A stretch of DNA of 63,529 nucleotides, the filler included, from Reclinomonas americana ATCC 50394 (taxonomy: Eukaryota): assembly GCA_048213135.1 (NCBI GenBank). It is 15 parts of 15 records of this genome, joined end to end, with 100 filler letters (N's around TTAATTAATTAA, not from the genome) between each part and the next. Parts side by side here need not be neighbours in the genome. Positions count along the whole stretch, not along the records: positions 39,699 to 41,046 come from AFZH01017340.1; positions 41,147 to 42,157 come from AFZH01017341.1; positions 42,258 to 43,661 come from AFZH01017342.1; positions 43,762 to 47,929 come from AFZH01017343.1; positions 48,030 to 49,235 come from AFZH01017344.1; positions 49,336 to 52,624 come from AFZH01017345.1; 9 more parts are not named here. One strand, given 5' to 3'. The translations under genes were made by a program, and so were the position numbers. The notes under the pieces were generated by a model. That model did no database searches, was not told the origin of the DNA, and saw only the letters and a program-made list of their open reading frames with translations. Below, in pieces: positions 39,852-51,412 of this stretch; position 1 is the stretch's first letter; every line of letters starts with the position of its first letter.

Positions 39852-40705
39852 GCACACGCACGCTCTGTCCTTCTCAGCCTCGCATGTTCCTTTGAGAAGA
39901 GAGGCAGCATCGCGTTCTTCTCGTTTCTGGATCGCTCTGCGTGCGAAGCGCTTTCGATGATGAGCAGTATTTGGTTTCAGATCGTTCTCTCTCTCTCTCG
40001 TGCACTGCTGCACACCTTAGACGCTAGCGTTTGTTGTTACCTTCTCTGTCTCTCGCTCACCCTCATTCCGCAGGCCTGGCTGGCACAACAAAACGGCGAC
40101 GACGAGTTCCGTCTCCAACCTCTCCGCCTCCCCCCCTTACCCTCCCACTCACGCATCACGCACAGGCGCGAGCGCATGACCGTGTACGCCACGCACAAGG
40201 ACGACGCCTCCGAGACCATCATGGTCTTCTTCAACAAGGAGCCGTCACTCGGCGTGCAGCACATCAAGAGCATCACGCAAGTGCGTCTGCTGCTGCTGTT
40301 CTCCTTGGCTTTCGCCGTGTTCTCACACTCGCGGCGCAGAAAATGAGCGGCGAAATCAAGTCGCAGCGCGCCATTTTGGTGTTGCACGGCAAGCTGACCA
40401 ACCCGGCCAAGTCGGCGATGGAGGCCAGCCGTGTCATGTCGGGTGTGATTATTGAGGAGTTCACGGAGGATGAGCTGCTGGTCAACATTACGGAGCACGA
40501 GCTGGTGCCGAAGCACGAGCCGCTGTCTTCGGCTGCCAAGCAGGAGCTGCTGACGCGCTACAAGTTGCGCGACACGCAGCTGCCGAAGATCCAAAAGGAC
40601 GACGCCATTGCGCGTTTCTACGGTCTGGAGAAGGGCCAGGTGGTGAAGATTACTCGTGACAGTGAGACTGCCGGTCGCTACGTGACGTACAGACTGGTGG
40701 TGTGA
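39144..40705 (+). CDS. POLR2E: RNA polymerases I/II/III common subunit RPB5 (RPABC1)
   Basis: [24 protein letters not shown]...[15 protein letters not shown]...[42 protein letters not shown]. Confidence 0.97.
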
Positions 40706-40779
40706 GTGCGAGTTGGGAGGCGGAGATGGTATAAAGAGAGAAAGCATTGTCGTAGAAAGCTGAGGCGAGGTTTGTTTCG

Positions 40780-41240
40780 GTGTCTCCCCGTGGTGCTGTA
40801 GCCCCTGCGTGTCTCCCCGTGGTGCTGTAGCCCCTGCGTGTCTCCCCTTGGTGCTGCGTGTCTCCCCTTGGTGCTGTAGCCCCTGCGTGTCTCCCCTTGG
40901 TGCTGTAGCCCCTGCGTGTCTCCCCTTGGTGCTGTAGCCCCTGCGTGTCTCCCCTTGGTGCTGTAGCCCCTGCGTGTCTCCCTTGGTGCTGTCGCCCTGC
41001 GTGTCTCCCTTGGTGCTGTCGCCCTGCGTGTCTCCCTTGGTGCTGTNNNNNNNNNNNNNNNNNNNNNNNNNNNNNNNNNNNNNNNNNNNNTTAATTAATT
41101 AANNNNNNNNNNNNNNNNNNNNNNNNNNNNNNNNNNNNNNNNNNNNTCCCTCGTTGCTGTCGCCCCTGCGTGTCTCCCTCGTTGCTGTAACCCCTGCGCG
41201 TCTCCCTCGTTGCTGTAGCGCCTTCGTGTCTCCCTTGGTT
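40780..41240. repeat. Minisatellite, 27-29-bp unit GTGTCTCCCCTTGGTGCTGTAGCCCCTGC, interrupted by gap
   Basis: About 10 head-to-tail copies before the gap and degenerate copies after it. Confidence 0.9.
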
Positions 41241-41395
41241 CAACTGCCCCCCTTTCCCCTCCCACATTGTCACCATAATCATTGTCGTTGTATTGTTTCG
41301 CTGCTTGTACAAACTCACACCTCGAAAGTATTTCACAAAGAGAGAAAGAAAACTCGCACATCCACACACCACCACACACACACACAATCAATCAA

Positions 41396-42028
41396 TCAAG
41401 AGGAAGTCTTGTCAGTCGGTTTCGCCGAAGCTCCAGCCTGGGAGGAGGCCGCGGCCGAGTTGGAGGCCGAAGAGGAGGGATACGAGGCAGCGAGATGCTC
41501 CCGCGGCACAAACTTGCCGCGCGCCGCATCAAACCCCTCAAAGAGCTTCTCCAACAACGGATGCCGCAACTCGCCGCCGGCGGCCGATCGCTCACGCTGC
41601 AGGCACTCCTCGGCCACATACGTAAACGACGGGCCCTTGTCGCGCACATCGACCAGCACGTGATAAAACGGCTGGTGACGACCGCGCGTCAACCCATCAA
41701 TGCCCTGTCGCTGAATCCACGCCTCACCCTGCTTGCACGTCGCGTCGTATCCATACACAACTCCACGATACCGCAGCGAAGGATGGAACACACAGTCGCC
41801 TGCACACAAAAGTCAGCAAAAAGAGAATATTCGTTTTCTTCAAAGCAGCAGAAAACACAACAGCGCCGAGTCACACAACGCACACAAACACTCGCTGATG
41901 CACACTCTTACGTACACACGCGCACAAAACAGCCAAAATCAAAGTTAAACTGAACTTGCATTCTCTTTCTCTCTCTCTCACACACACAAACGCGCGCACA
42001 TACGCTGAATTACACAGACGATCTCTCA

Positions 42029-42069
<41 letters not shown>

Positions 42070-42288
42070 AAAGCACACGAAGTCTGAATTACACAAAGAT
42101 TCACTTTTCACAATCAGAGTAACTGCACTCACACAGACGATCTCTCCCCTCTCTCACNNNNNNNNNNNNNNNNNNNNNNNNNNNNNNNNNNNNNNNNNNN
42201 NTTAATTAATTAANNNNNNNNNNNNNNNNNNNNNNNNNNNNNNNNNNNNNNNNNNNNACCTACCTACCTCCTCCTCCTCCTCCTCCTC

Positions 42289-42356
<68 letters not shown>

Positions 42357-42808
42357 CACCCTTTCCCTCTGCTCACACACTCACCCAACTCAAACTTGAC
42401 CATCACCGCCGCACGCTGCTTCACCTCGACCTCCGCCTTGTCCCACAATTGAGCGGGCGGCTGCGGCGGAGCCGACGAAGGCGCAGGCGGCGGAGGCGGC
42501 TTGGGCGCCAAGTCCACCTGTGACGACATCACCATCGCCGGCTTGACCACCGAGGCCGGCGCGTGCACGCCAGCCAACGTGGCAAGCTTAGGCTGTTGTT
42601 GCTGCTGTTGTTGGCGAGTGGTGGCAGTGGCAGAAGAAGAGGGCGAGATGACGCGAGAGATGGCCACGCGCGGCACCAGGACGGCGCCATTACGCGCGCC
42701 ACCAGTGCCAACGAACATGACGGAGCTCATGTGTTGCATCCATGCGTTGGACGAGGCTGAGGCAGAGAAGAATCGGCGACCGACTGACATTACTAACGCT
42801 TGTCTCAT
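41396..42808 (-). CDS. YccV/HspQ-like domain protein with predicted mitochondrial presequence
   Basis: KFELG-DCVFHPSLRYRGVVYGYD...RHQPFYHVLVDVRD...TYVAEECL...HPLLEKLFEGFD..KFVP..LAASYP; N-terminus MRQALVMSVGRRFFSAS. Confidence 0.85.
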
Positions 42809-43048
42809 GATTTGCGTGCGCTTACAGATCCACTAATGGTTTCAAGACTATTAATGGCCACACTGTTGTGGTGGAGAATGAGGAGGAGAAGAGGGAGGTG
42901 GGAGAAGAGGTCTCAAAAGACGACGCCAGTTTGCTGTCTAATCGTTGAACCACGGCTCACTGCGAGGGTCAAAGAGAAAAGATAACAAGGACAGTCCCGC
43001 GTCCCGCGCGCGTCCCGCGGCCGGAAATAGTCCGACCCTCGACTGACA

Positions 43049-44734
43049 ATGATCAGCGCGCTGCGACGATCGCTGTGCACTCAGGCGCTGAGTCAGCAGT
43101 CGCCTCTGAGAGGTTGGTGATGAGGTGCAAGAGAGACATGATGAGTGTGTGCGAGAGGGAGAGAATGAGGACAAATAAGAGAGTGAGACAATGAGAGAGA
43201 ATGTGAGAGAATGAGAGAGAATGTGCGAGAGAGTGAGTGAGAGAGAGAGAGTGCGTGTGTGTGTGTGAGAGAGAGTGAGAGAGTGCGTGCGCCTTGGAGA
43301 GCGCATCGTGTTCGGATCATTCAGCTTGTCTCTCATTTCACAGTGGGCATCATTGGCGGCGGTCTCGGCGGCCTCGCTCTCTCGCACCTCCTGCAGAACC
43401 AGACGCAACGACCAGTGCAAGTCACAGTCTATGAGCGCGATGCCTCCACGGAGGCACGCGGGCAAGGCTACATGATTGGCCTCAACGCCGACGGCATGCG
43501 CGTTCTGCGCTCACTCCCGCCGCACCTGACGCACCTGCACAGCATGCTGCGTGAAGTCGCGCTGGTCACCAGTGCCGTTGTGCTCAACGCCAAGTTGAAG
43601 CCGTTGGTGCGCGTTCCAATGGTCGGCGCCGGCGGCAATAACGATGATCCGCGCAGGTACCNNNNNNNNNNNNNNNNNNNNNNNNNNNNNNNNNNNNNNN
43701 NNNNNTTAATTAATTAANNNNNNNNNNNNNNNNNNNNNNNNNNNNNNNNNNNNNNNNNNNNGGCGCAGCACGTACAAACATTGTCCGCGCGCTCACTGAC
43801 TGTATCCGTCGCCCGTAGTGCCGGTGGACTTATCAGTCGCTGGGAGCTGCGCTCGGCACTGGCCGAGTCGGCGCCACTCGAGTTCAACAAGCGGCTGGCG
43901 CGCTACGAGGAGAGCAGCGAGGGGGTGACTGCGTACTTTGAGGACGGCAGCTCGGCGTGCATGGATGTGCTGGTGGGCGCGGATGGAGCGTGGTCGGTGG
44001 TGCGCAAGCAGCGGTGTCCGGCGGTGACGCCAGTGGATCTGGGGCTGGTCAATGTCGGAGGCACGGCGGACTTCACGCCGGCACTGCGACGCAATGTGGC
44101 CGAGGTGGCGCAGTATGTGGATGACAATCTGGTGCGCGTGCTCGGGCGTCGCGGTCACACGCTGCTGTCGTTTGCGTTCCGTCCGCGCGATCGGCCGCAG
44201 CAGTCGCAGGTGCTGTGGGCGCTCTCGTGGCCTCGCGATGCATGCACGCCTGAGCCGCTGGCCTCGTCAGCCGACGCGCAGCGCACCGATGCGCTGCGGC
44301 GGGCGCGTGAGTATTTTGATTCGCCGGCGGTGGCGCACCTGATGGAGAACACCTCGTCGTGGCTCAACATGCGCAGCATCGTGTCGGCGCCACTGCTGAA
44401 ACACAATCCGTATGCCGCCAGTGCATCGTTGGGACACGCGACGCTGCTCGGCGATGCCGCACACCCAATGACCACGCATCGCGGTCTCGGTGCCAACACG
44501 GCGTTTGTGGACGCCGAGCGCCTCGCCGCCGCCATTCTCGAGGGGCGCCCACTGCACGAGTACGAGGCCGACCTGTTCAAGCGTGGATTCGCGGCGGTGC
44601 GCGGGTCGCACCAGAGCACCGGCATGATTCACGCCAGTGGCACACTGCCGGAGGCGATTCGCGGGGTCGCCCTGCGCGTTGTCAATGTCGGCATTCGCGT
44701 GTGGATGGCCACGCAGCGAAAGAAGAAGATCTGA
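43049..44734 (+). CDS. FAD-dependent monooxygenase (group A aromatic-ring hydroxylase fold), possibly mitochondrial
   Basis: MISALRRSLCTQALSQQSPLR-VGIIGGGLGGL..VYERD; DVLVGADGAWSVVR; TLLGDAAHPMTTHRGLGANTAFVDA. Confidence 0.92.
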
Positions 44735-44807
44735 GGCAATCAACAAACTACTAAGAGAGAGAATGAGAACAAGGGCGTCGTAATAAACTTGATGCACTGA
44801 TTTGCGT

Positions 44808-47800
44808 TCACTGCGGAACACCACGAGCTCTGATCAACTCGTCGGCTCGTGCGCGGTCGGTCTGCGCCTGCGCCATGTTGCCGAGGCGCTCGGCGGCCGC
44901 CGCGCGGTTGTGGTAGGCCTGTGGGGAAAGAGGGAGGCGATGAGGAGAAGGGATGAGGGAGAGGAAGAGAGGGATTAAAGGGAAGGGAGGAGAGAGAGGA
45001 AGAGAGGGAGAGGGGAGGGGGAAGAGGAAGACGAGGGAGAGGATGGGGGGGGTTGGAGGGGGAAAAAGAACGAGGGAGGAAAAGGAAGACAGGGAACAGG
45101 AGGAGAAGAGGAAAACAAGAAAGAGGATGGGCAGAACTACAGAGGAGGAGGAGGAGGAGGAGGAGGAGGAGGAGGAGAAGAAGCACCTACATCGGCCGGA
45201 GAGAACAACAGGAGGGGAAAGAAGACAAGTAGAGAAGACAGAGGGGGAACGGGAAACGGAGAGGCAGAAGCAGAAGCAGCGCCTGCCTCGGCGAAATCGG
45301 GGGCGAGGAGAAAAGCGGAAAGGACAGAAGAAGAGGCGGAGTGTGGAAGAGGATGGGGAGGAATAGGAGAACAAGCAGAGGAGGAGGAGGAGGAGGAGCA
45401 GAAGCAGCAACCCACTCGGCGCAGTTCGATGCGAGGAGTAGAACAGAGAAGACAGAGGAAGGAGAACGAGAAATGGAGAGGCAGCAGCAGAAATAGCGAG
45501 CTACTTCGGCAGAATCGGAAGCGAGGAGATAGAAGGTGAAAACGAATGAAGTGAAGCAGCAATAGCGGGCGGGGCGCCCTTCCTTGACGTAATCGGGTGC
45601 GAGGAGAAGAATGAACAGGAAAGAATTGGAGGTGGAGGAGGGGCAGAAGAAACAGAGCAGGAGGAGAAGCAGCAGAAGCAGCGCAATAGGAGTAATCCTA
45701 TGCAACGAGAAAGAAAGAAGACGAGGAACGGGAGGAGGGGAAAGAGGAATGGAGAGGCAGCAGCAGCAGCAGCACTCTACCTCGGCGTAATCGGGTGCGA
45801 GTCGAATGGCCATGGAGAAGTCTTGCATGGCTTGATCGCTGACCAACACAAAACGAACACAATGAATGACAGGCACATGATACTTGGGATCATCAGAAGC
45901 AACGCAACAGCTGGCCGCGCTGCAAGTGAATAAAGCCGCGATTATTCCAGTATTGCGCTCCATTCGGTCTGCGCGACGCGTGGGTGAGACCTCTGGTCGC
46001 AGTGAGCATCAACAGCAAAAAAACGCAACTGGATTTGCAGCGCGCGGTTGTAGTCCTCGAGAGCCTTGTCCAGCTCGCCGAGTCGGAGGAACACCAGTGC
46101 TCTGCGTAACAAAATCGTACTGTCAACGCGATGCTCGACTTCTGCAAACAAATGACATGGCGCACCGATTGTTGTATGCCTCGGCCAAGCCGGGATTGAG
46201 CTCAATGGCCTTGTTGAGATCCTGTTGCGCTCGTTGAATCTGCTCACAAGGGAAAGGATGTCAGCTCGCAAGAAACACAAGAGGGGCGTGAAGCCAGCAT
46301 ACACAACATCGCCCAAACAGAAACACAGGAATCCGCGATTGTTGAAGCCTGCACACCCACGACATCAGTCATCGCCATAAAAAGCCTACAGTCAATGGGC
46401 ATCCGTACCTTGCGCCGTCACTCCATCGTTGAGGTCAATCGCTCGCGTGTACTCGCGCTGCATGAAAGCGATCAACAGCTGCTGGAGAAAGAGGTTGATT
46501 CGATGGGCCACTCACCATGGCCTTCTCCGCATCGTTGCGTTGCTGATACACGAAGCCGCGCTTCAAGTGCTGCTCGCCCGTCAACCTGCTCACGCGAGTC
46601 AGTTGATGCTCATTCAAAGTGGAGAGCATGAGGTCTCCGCGCAACTGCGCATCCTCGTCCATGGGCACGTCGGGGAAGGCGTTCGGGGGCACAGCCGGTG
46701 GTGCTGGCTGCTGCTGCTGCTGCTGCTGGACTCGAATAGCTGGCGGCTGTGGTGGTGGACCAGCAGCCACTTGCCGTTGTGGCTGCCCGGCCACCTGCTG
46801 TTCTGCTCCAGGCGTGACGTCACCCAGCTGGCCGCGAAGCTGCTCGAACTCGCCGCGCAACAGCGAGAGCTGGTCGCTGAGTTGCTCGATCTGGATAGCC
46901 GGAAGGGGAAGGTGAGGGGGAAGGCGAGGGGGAAGGAAGGGTGAGGGGAAAAGGAAGGAAGGGAGAAGGAGAGGGAGAGCACAGAAAGAGAGAGCCTTTT
47001 CCATACCTGCAACTGCATGCGCTCCCGTTGCTCGGCGTGCAAACGTGTCGCCTCGTGCGCCTCCTTTGCCAGCTGCTCAATCTGTCGCCGCTGATCCACA
47101 ATCAGTGGCTCCAGCGCAACGTACACGCATTGCGCCTCGTGCGCTGCCGCCTCGTCGTTGCGTCCACGCCACGAGCAGCCGAACTGCGTCAGTCGGCACG
47201 GGACGCGTCGGAACGGGCACTCGTTCTCTGAGCACAAAAAGGGGATGAGAACAGCGGACAAGGAGTCCCTCTCCTTGTCCAACTCACCCACGTGATTCAG
47301 CAGCTCCGCCAACGGCATCTCCTTGTCGCACTCGGGACACTTGCACTTGCACACCGACGCGTGCGCCTCGTAGTACTCCTGAATGGAGCACGTGGTCGGG
47401 CACCGCGGGCACCTCACGCGAATGCTGCTGTAGTCGCGATGCAGAAACGGTGGCGCCGCTTGCGCTGTCTCCAACGACGTGTCGCAACAGCCGCACACGT
47501 TGATGCGGCGCAGAGCAACGAGGTGCGCTCTGCGGTTGACTCGTGTGAGGAAGGAAAGGGGACATTGGGGTGGTCAATGAGCGCAACTTGCAGACCACAT
47601 GCTGGCCCTGTGAGTGGACAAGGCAACAAGGCGATGTGAGTGGCGAGCGATATGCACAGAACACAGGGCACGGACGCCGCAACATTGGCACACAGCGCAA
47701 AGCTCGTGGCCGCCACATCCTGCACGAGAACGATCAGCGCAAGAACGCAAATGGAGAAGGATGAAGGCAGAGGATCCCACCTTGCACACGGCACAAACGT

Positions 47801-47884
47801 ACCTGCGCGCACAAGAGGTCAGTCGCACGTTCCTTGAAGTTCTCACTGATTCGGCTCCCAGTCACACTGTGGATTCACAAGCTC

Positions 47885-47900
<16 letters not shown>
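44808..47900 (-). CDS. RING-like, TRAF-type zinc finger, coiled coil and TPR-repeat protein; 5' end near gap
   Basis: YVCAVCK..CGCC..IRVRCPRC..HASVCKCKCPECDKEM..NHV-ENECPFRRVPCRLTQFGCSWRG..HEAQC; coiled coil; TPRs QDLNKAIELNPGLAEAYNNR, ALEDYNRALQI, YWNNRGFIH, AYHNRA. Confidence 0.8.
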
Positions 47901-47929
<29 letters not shown>

Positions 47930-48032
47930 NNNNNNNNNNNNNNNNNNNNNNNNNNNNNNNNNNNNNNNNNNNNTTAATTAATTAANNNNNNNNNNNNNNN
48001 NNNNNNNNNNNNNNNNNNNNNNNNNNNNNCTA

Positions 48033-48112
<80 letters not shown>

Positions 48113-48361
48113 TCTCACTCACCGCTCGGCGAGTAATCGATATGCAGGCTCGCAATCATCCAACGTGATGCCCGCAACGCGCATCGACGCAGGCGCAGAA
48201 GAAGACGAAGAACCTGAGAGAAGAGAGAGAGTGAGTGAGTGAGTGAGTGAGTGAGAGAGAGTGAGAGAGCGAGTGAGAAGAAGAGGGCAAAACACCTTCG
48301 CTCATCCTCAAAACACACAGTCACTGGCGACAATGCTCGCTCTCTCCACTGTCTCTCTCTC

Positions 48362-49197
48362 ATGGCCGACACGGACGACGAGCACACTGCCTCTGCTGCT
48401 GCTGCTCCCACTGCTGCTCGTTGGGCACTCGTTCTGCACGGAGGCGCAGGAGTCATCAGTGAGTGAAGAGGGAGGGAAAAGAGCGCGCGAAAAATTTTCC
48501 GAACACCATTCGCACCTCCTCGCTCTCTGTCTCTCTCTCGCTTGCTCACTCACTCACTCCCTCTTTCACTCACTCACTCACTCACTCACTCACTCACTCA
48601 CTCACTCGCCTGTCTCTCTCTCTCTCTCTCTTTCTGTTATCAGGTGCAGACTCGTTTCTGCATGTTCAAGAGGAGCATCGCGACGCGTTGCGCGCTGCAC
48701 TGGACGCTGGCATTGCTGTCTTGTCTGCAGGCGGTCGAGCAGTGGATGCCGTCGAGGTGAGCTGCTTTGCAATTTGCTTGTTCACAGAGTGTGCTTTATC
48801 TTGTCGTGCAAGGCCACGGTGTGCTCGTTGGAAGACTGTCCGCTGTTCAATGCCGGTCGAGGCGCGGTCTACAACGAGGCGGGCTTTCATGAGCTGGACG
48901 CGTGCATGGCGGATGGTGGGTTGTGTTGTCGTGTTCGTGTAATTGCTTCTTGGGTTCTTGCTTCTCTGTTGAGCTAAGCTGTTCCCTTGTTCACTCTTCA
49001 CTTGAGCAGGGCCTCCTCTGTCTCCGCTCCTGGGTTGATCAGAGACAACCACTGCATCTTCACTTCCCGCTCTCTTTCCGCATGAGCAGAAGTCTCCTTC
49101 AGATTCCTCTGCTCTGTTGGCATGCGTTGAGCTGAGCAACCACTGCCCCTTCTCTTCGTGTTCACTCACCACATGCATGGCTTTGATCAGAGTTCTC

Positions 49198-49235
<38 letters not shown>

Positions 49236-51321
49236 NNNNNNNNNNNNNNNNNNNNNNNNNNNNNNNNNNNNNNNNNNNNTTAATTAATTAANNNNNNNNN
49301 NNNNNNNNNNNNNNNNNNNNNNNNNNNNNNNNNNNATCTCTCTCAATTCTCGGGTTGATTGGACCTGCCGCAGTCCTTTCTTCCCGCTCTCTTTCTGCAT
49401 GAACAGAGTTCTACATCAGTCTTTCACTTCTCCGTTGGTGTTTGTTGAACTGAGCAACCACTGCCTCCTCTCTTCGTGCTCACTCTCCACTTGGATTGCT
49501 TTGATCAGAGTTCTCCACAAGGCTTTCACTCTCAATCTCGAGTTGTCGCAGTGCCCTCTCTTCTTTCTCACATGAGCAGAGTACTTCCGGGCTTCCTCTC
49601 TCAATTCATGAGTTAAACTGAGCTGCCGCTTCATCTTCTCTCCAACTCGCTTCACACCCTTCATCCTTATCTCGCTCTCTAGTCTCTTCGCAAGTGTCGG
49701 CCAGTGTGCAATCCCACCTCCTCCTGTCTTCAGTTCCTCCCACTTGACTCGCTCCATCTTTCGCATCGTCTCAGCTGCATTTTTGACACTTTCTATCACT
49801 CTCCCCTTTCCCTCACTTTTCCCGCTTCGCCAGGCTCCCAACCGGCCATGGCCTCCGTCACCCTCTTGCAACGCGTGCGGCATCCCATTGTCGCCGCACG
49901 CCGCATCATGGACAAGTACGGCATTCTGACTCTCGGTGGACCGGTTCGTCTCTCGCCGCCCGCCAACCGACACTCACTCACCACCCGCACGCAGAATGCC
50001 GACGCTGTGGCCGAGGAACTGGGATGCGAGATGGTGGAGCAGTCGTTCTTCGACACGGAGCAAAGACTGCTACAACTGGAGAGTGCACGAGCGGCCGGTC
50101 GTGCATCACTCGACCACGGAGGCAGCATGACGGCGGTGACCAAGACCGGCAACGAATTTTGTGTGAATCGACCTGCCACGGCGGTGCCGCTGGATGGTGT
50201 GGGAGGAGGGGAGGGGTGGTGGAGAAGATGGGTTGCTCTGTCTCTTTCGGTTGACTTGCAGTAATTCTATCTGCTTTCTTTCAGCTTCCGAGCTTGTGCC
50301 CTGCCTGCCAGTTTTCTGTGCTGTCTCTCTCCCTCTCTTCCCTCTCTCTGCTGCCAGTTGTCAGCATCCGTGCATTTCTGTCCATCTCATACTAACTTGC
50401 TGTTTCTCATTCTTTCGCTCTCTTTTTTCTCCCCTTCTGTGCTTCTCTCTCCTCTCTGCTGTCATTCCTAGATCCTTCTGTGTCGTCTCGTGTCTGAGCC
50501 TCCCTCTCTCGCTGGCAAGGTTTTTTGTCGTCCCTGCTCTTGTCAGCAGTCCGTGTACTTCTCCCCTCCTGCACATCGCATTCTATCTCGCTGCTCCTCT
50601 TTCTCTCACCCTGCTGTTTTGTTCCTTTAACGTGTTCTCTCCTGTGCCGTCTTTAATCTCGCCTCTTTCTTATCCATCTCATGCTCTCTCTCTCTCTCTC
50701 TGTCTCTATCTCTCTCTCTCTCTCTCTGTTTATGTTATCCTCAGCTCCTCCTTTTCCTCTTCGCCTTCCCCTTTCACTCATTCTCCCCTCGCAGCCAAGT
50801 TCGGTACCGTCGGAGCCGTGGCACTCGATGTGCACGGCAACGTGTGCGCTGGCACCAGCACCGGCGGCCTCACCAACAAAAAGGTCTCGCCTTCACTCCT
50901 CCCTTCCACCAACTTCCCCTCCTCCTTACATCCACGCAGGTGGGTCGCATCGGCGGAGTGCCCACCTTCGGCCACGCCACGATTGCGCGCAATAGCTTGT
51001 GCGGTCTCTCCTTCACCGGCATTGGCGAGGTGATGATGTATCACTGCGTGGCGCACGACCTGCTGGCGCGCATGCAGTACAAGGACGTGTCGCTGCGGGA
51101 GGCGGCCGACACGCTGTTTGACGATGTGCTACCCGACGACGTTGGCGGCATGATTGGCATTGATTGTCGCACTGGCGAAGTTGCGTGCACGCCACGGATG
51201 AGAATATGCAGGCACAGTTGACTGAATCTACTTGCAGATTGTTATCAAGTACTCCAGTGAGGGCATGTTCCGCGGCTGGGCCACGCCGCATGAACGTGGT
51301 GTGGCCATTTGGGATTCTTGA
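48362..51321 (+). CDS. ASRGL1: Type-2 (Ntn-hydrolase) isoaspartyl peptidase/L-asparaginase-like protein
   Basis: [72 protein letters not shown]; stop 51319-51321. Confidence 0.9.
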
Positions 51322-51412
51322 GAGGAGGAGGAAATGAACGCCTTCCTCGTCAGCAACAACACACACTGTAATCCAACTTACACTTTTCTTTCTTTTTTCA
51401 CGCCCGCCCGCC

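Noticed and set aside
40780..41240. CRISPR-like ~29-bp repeats
   Set aside because: Head-to-tail with no unique spacers, no cas genes and a eukaryotic context; a minisatellite.
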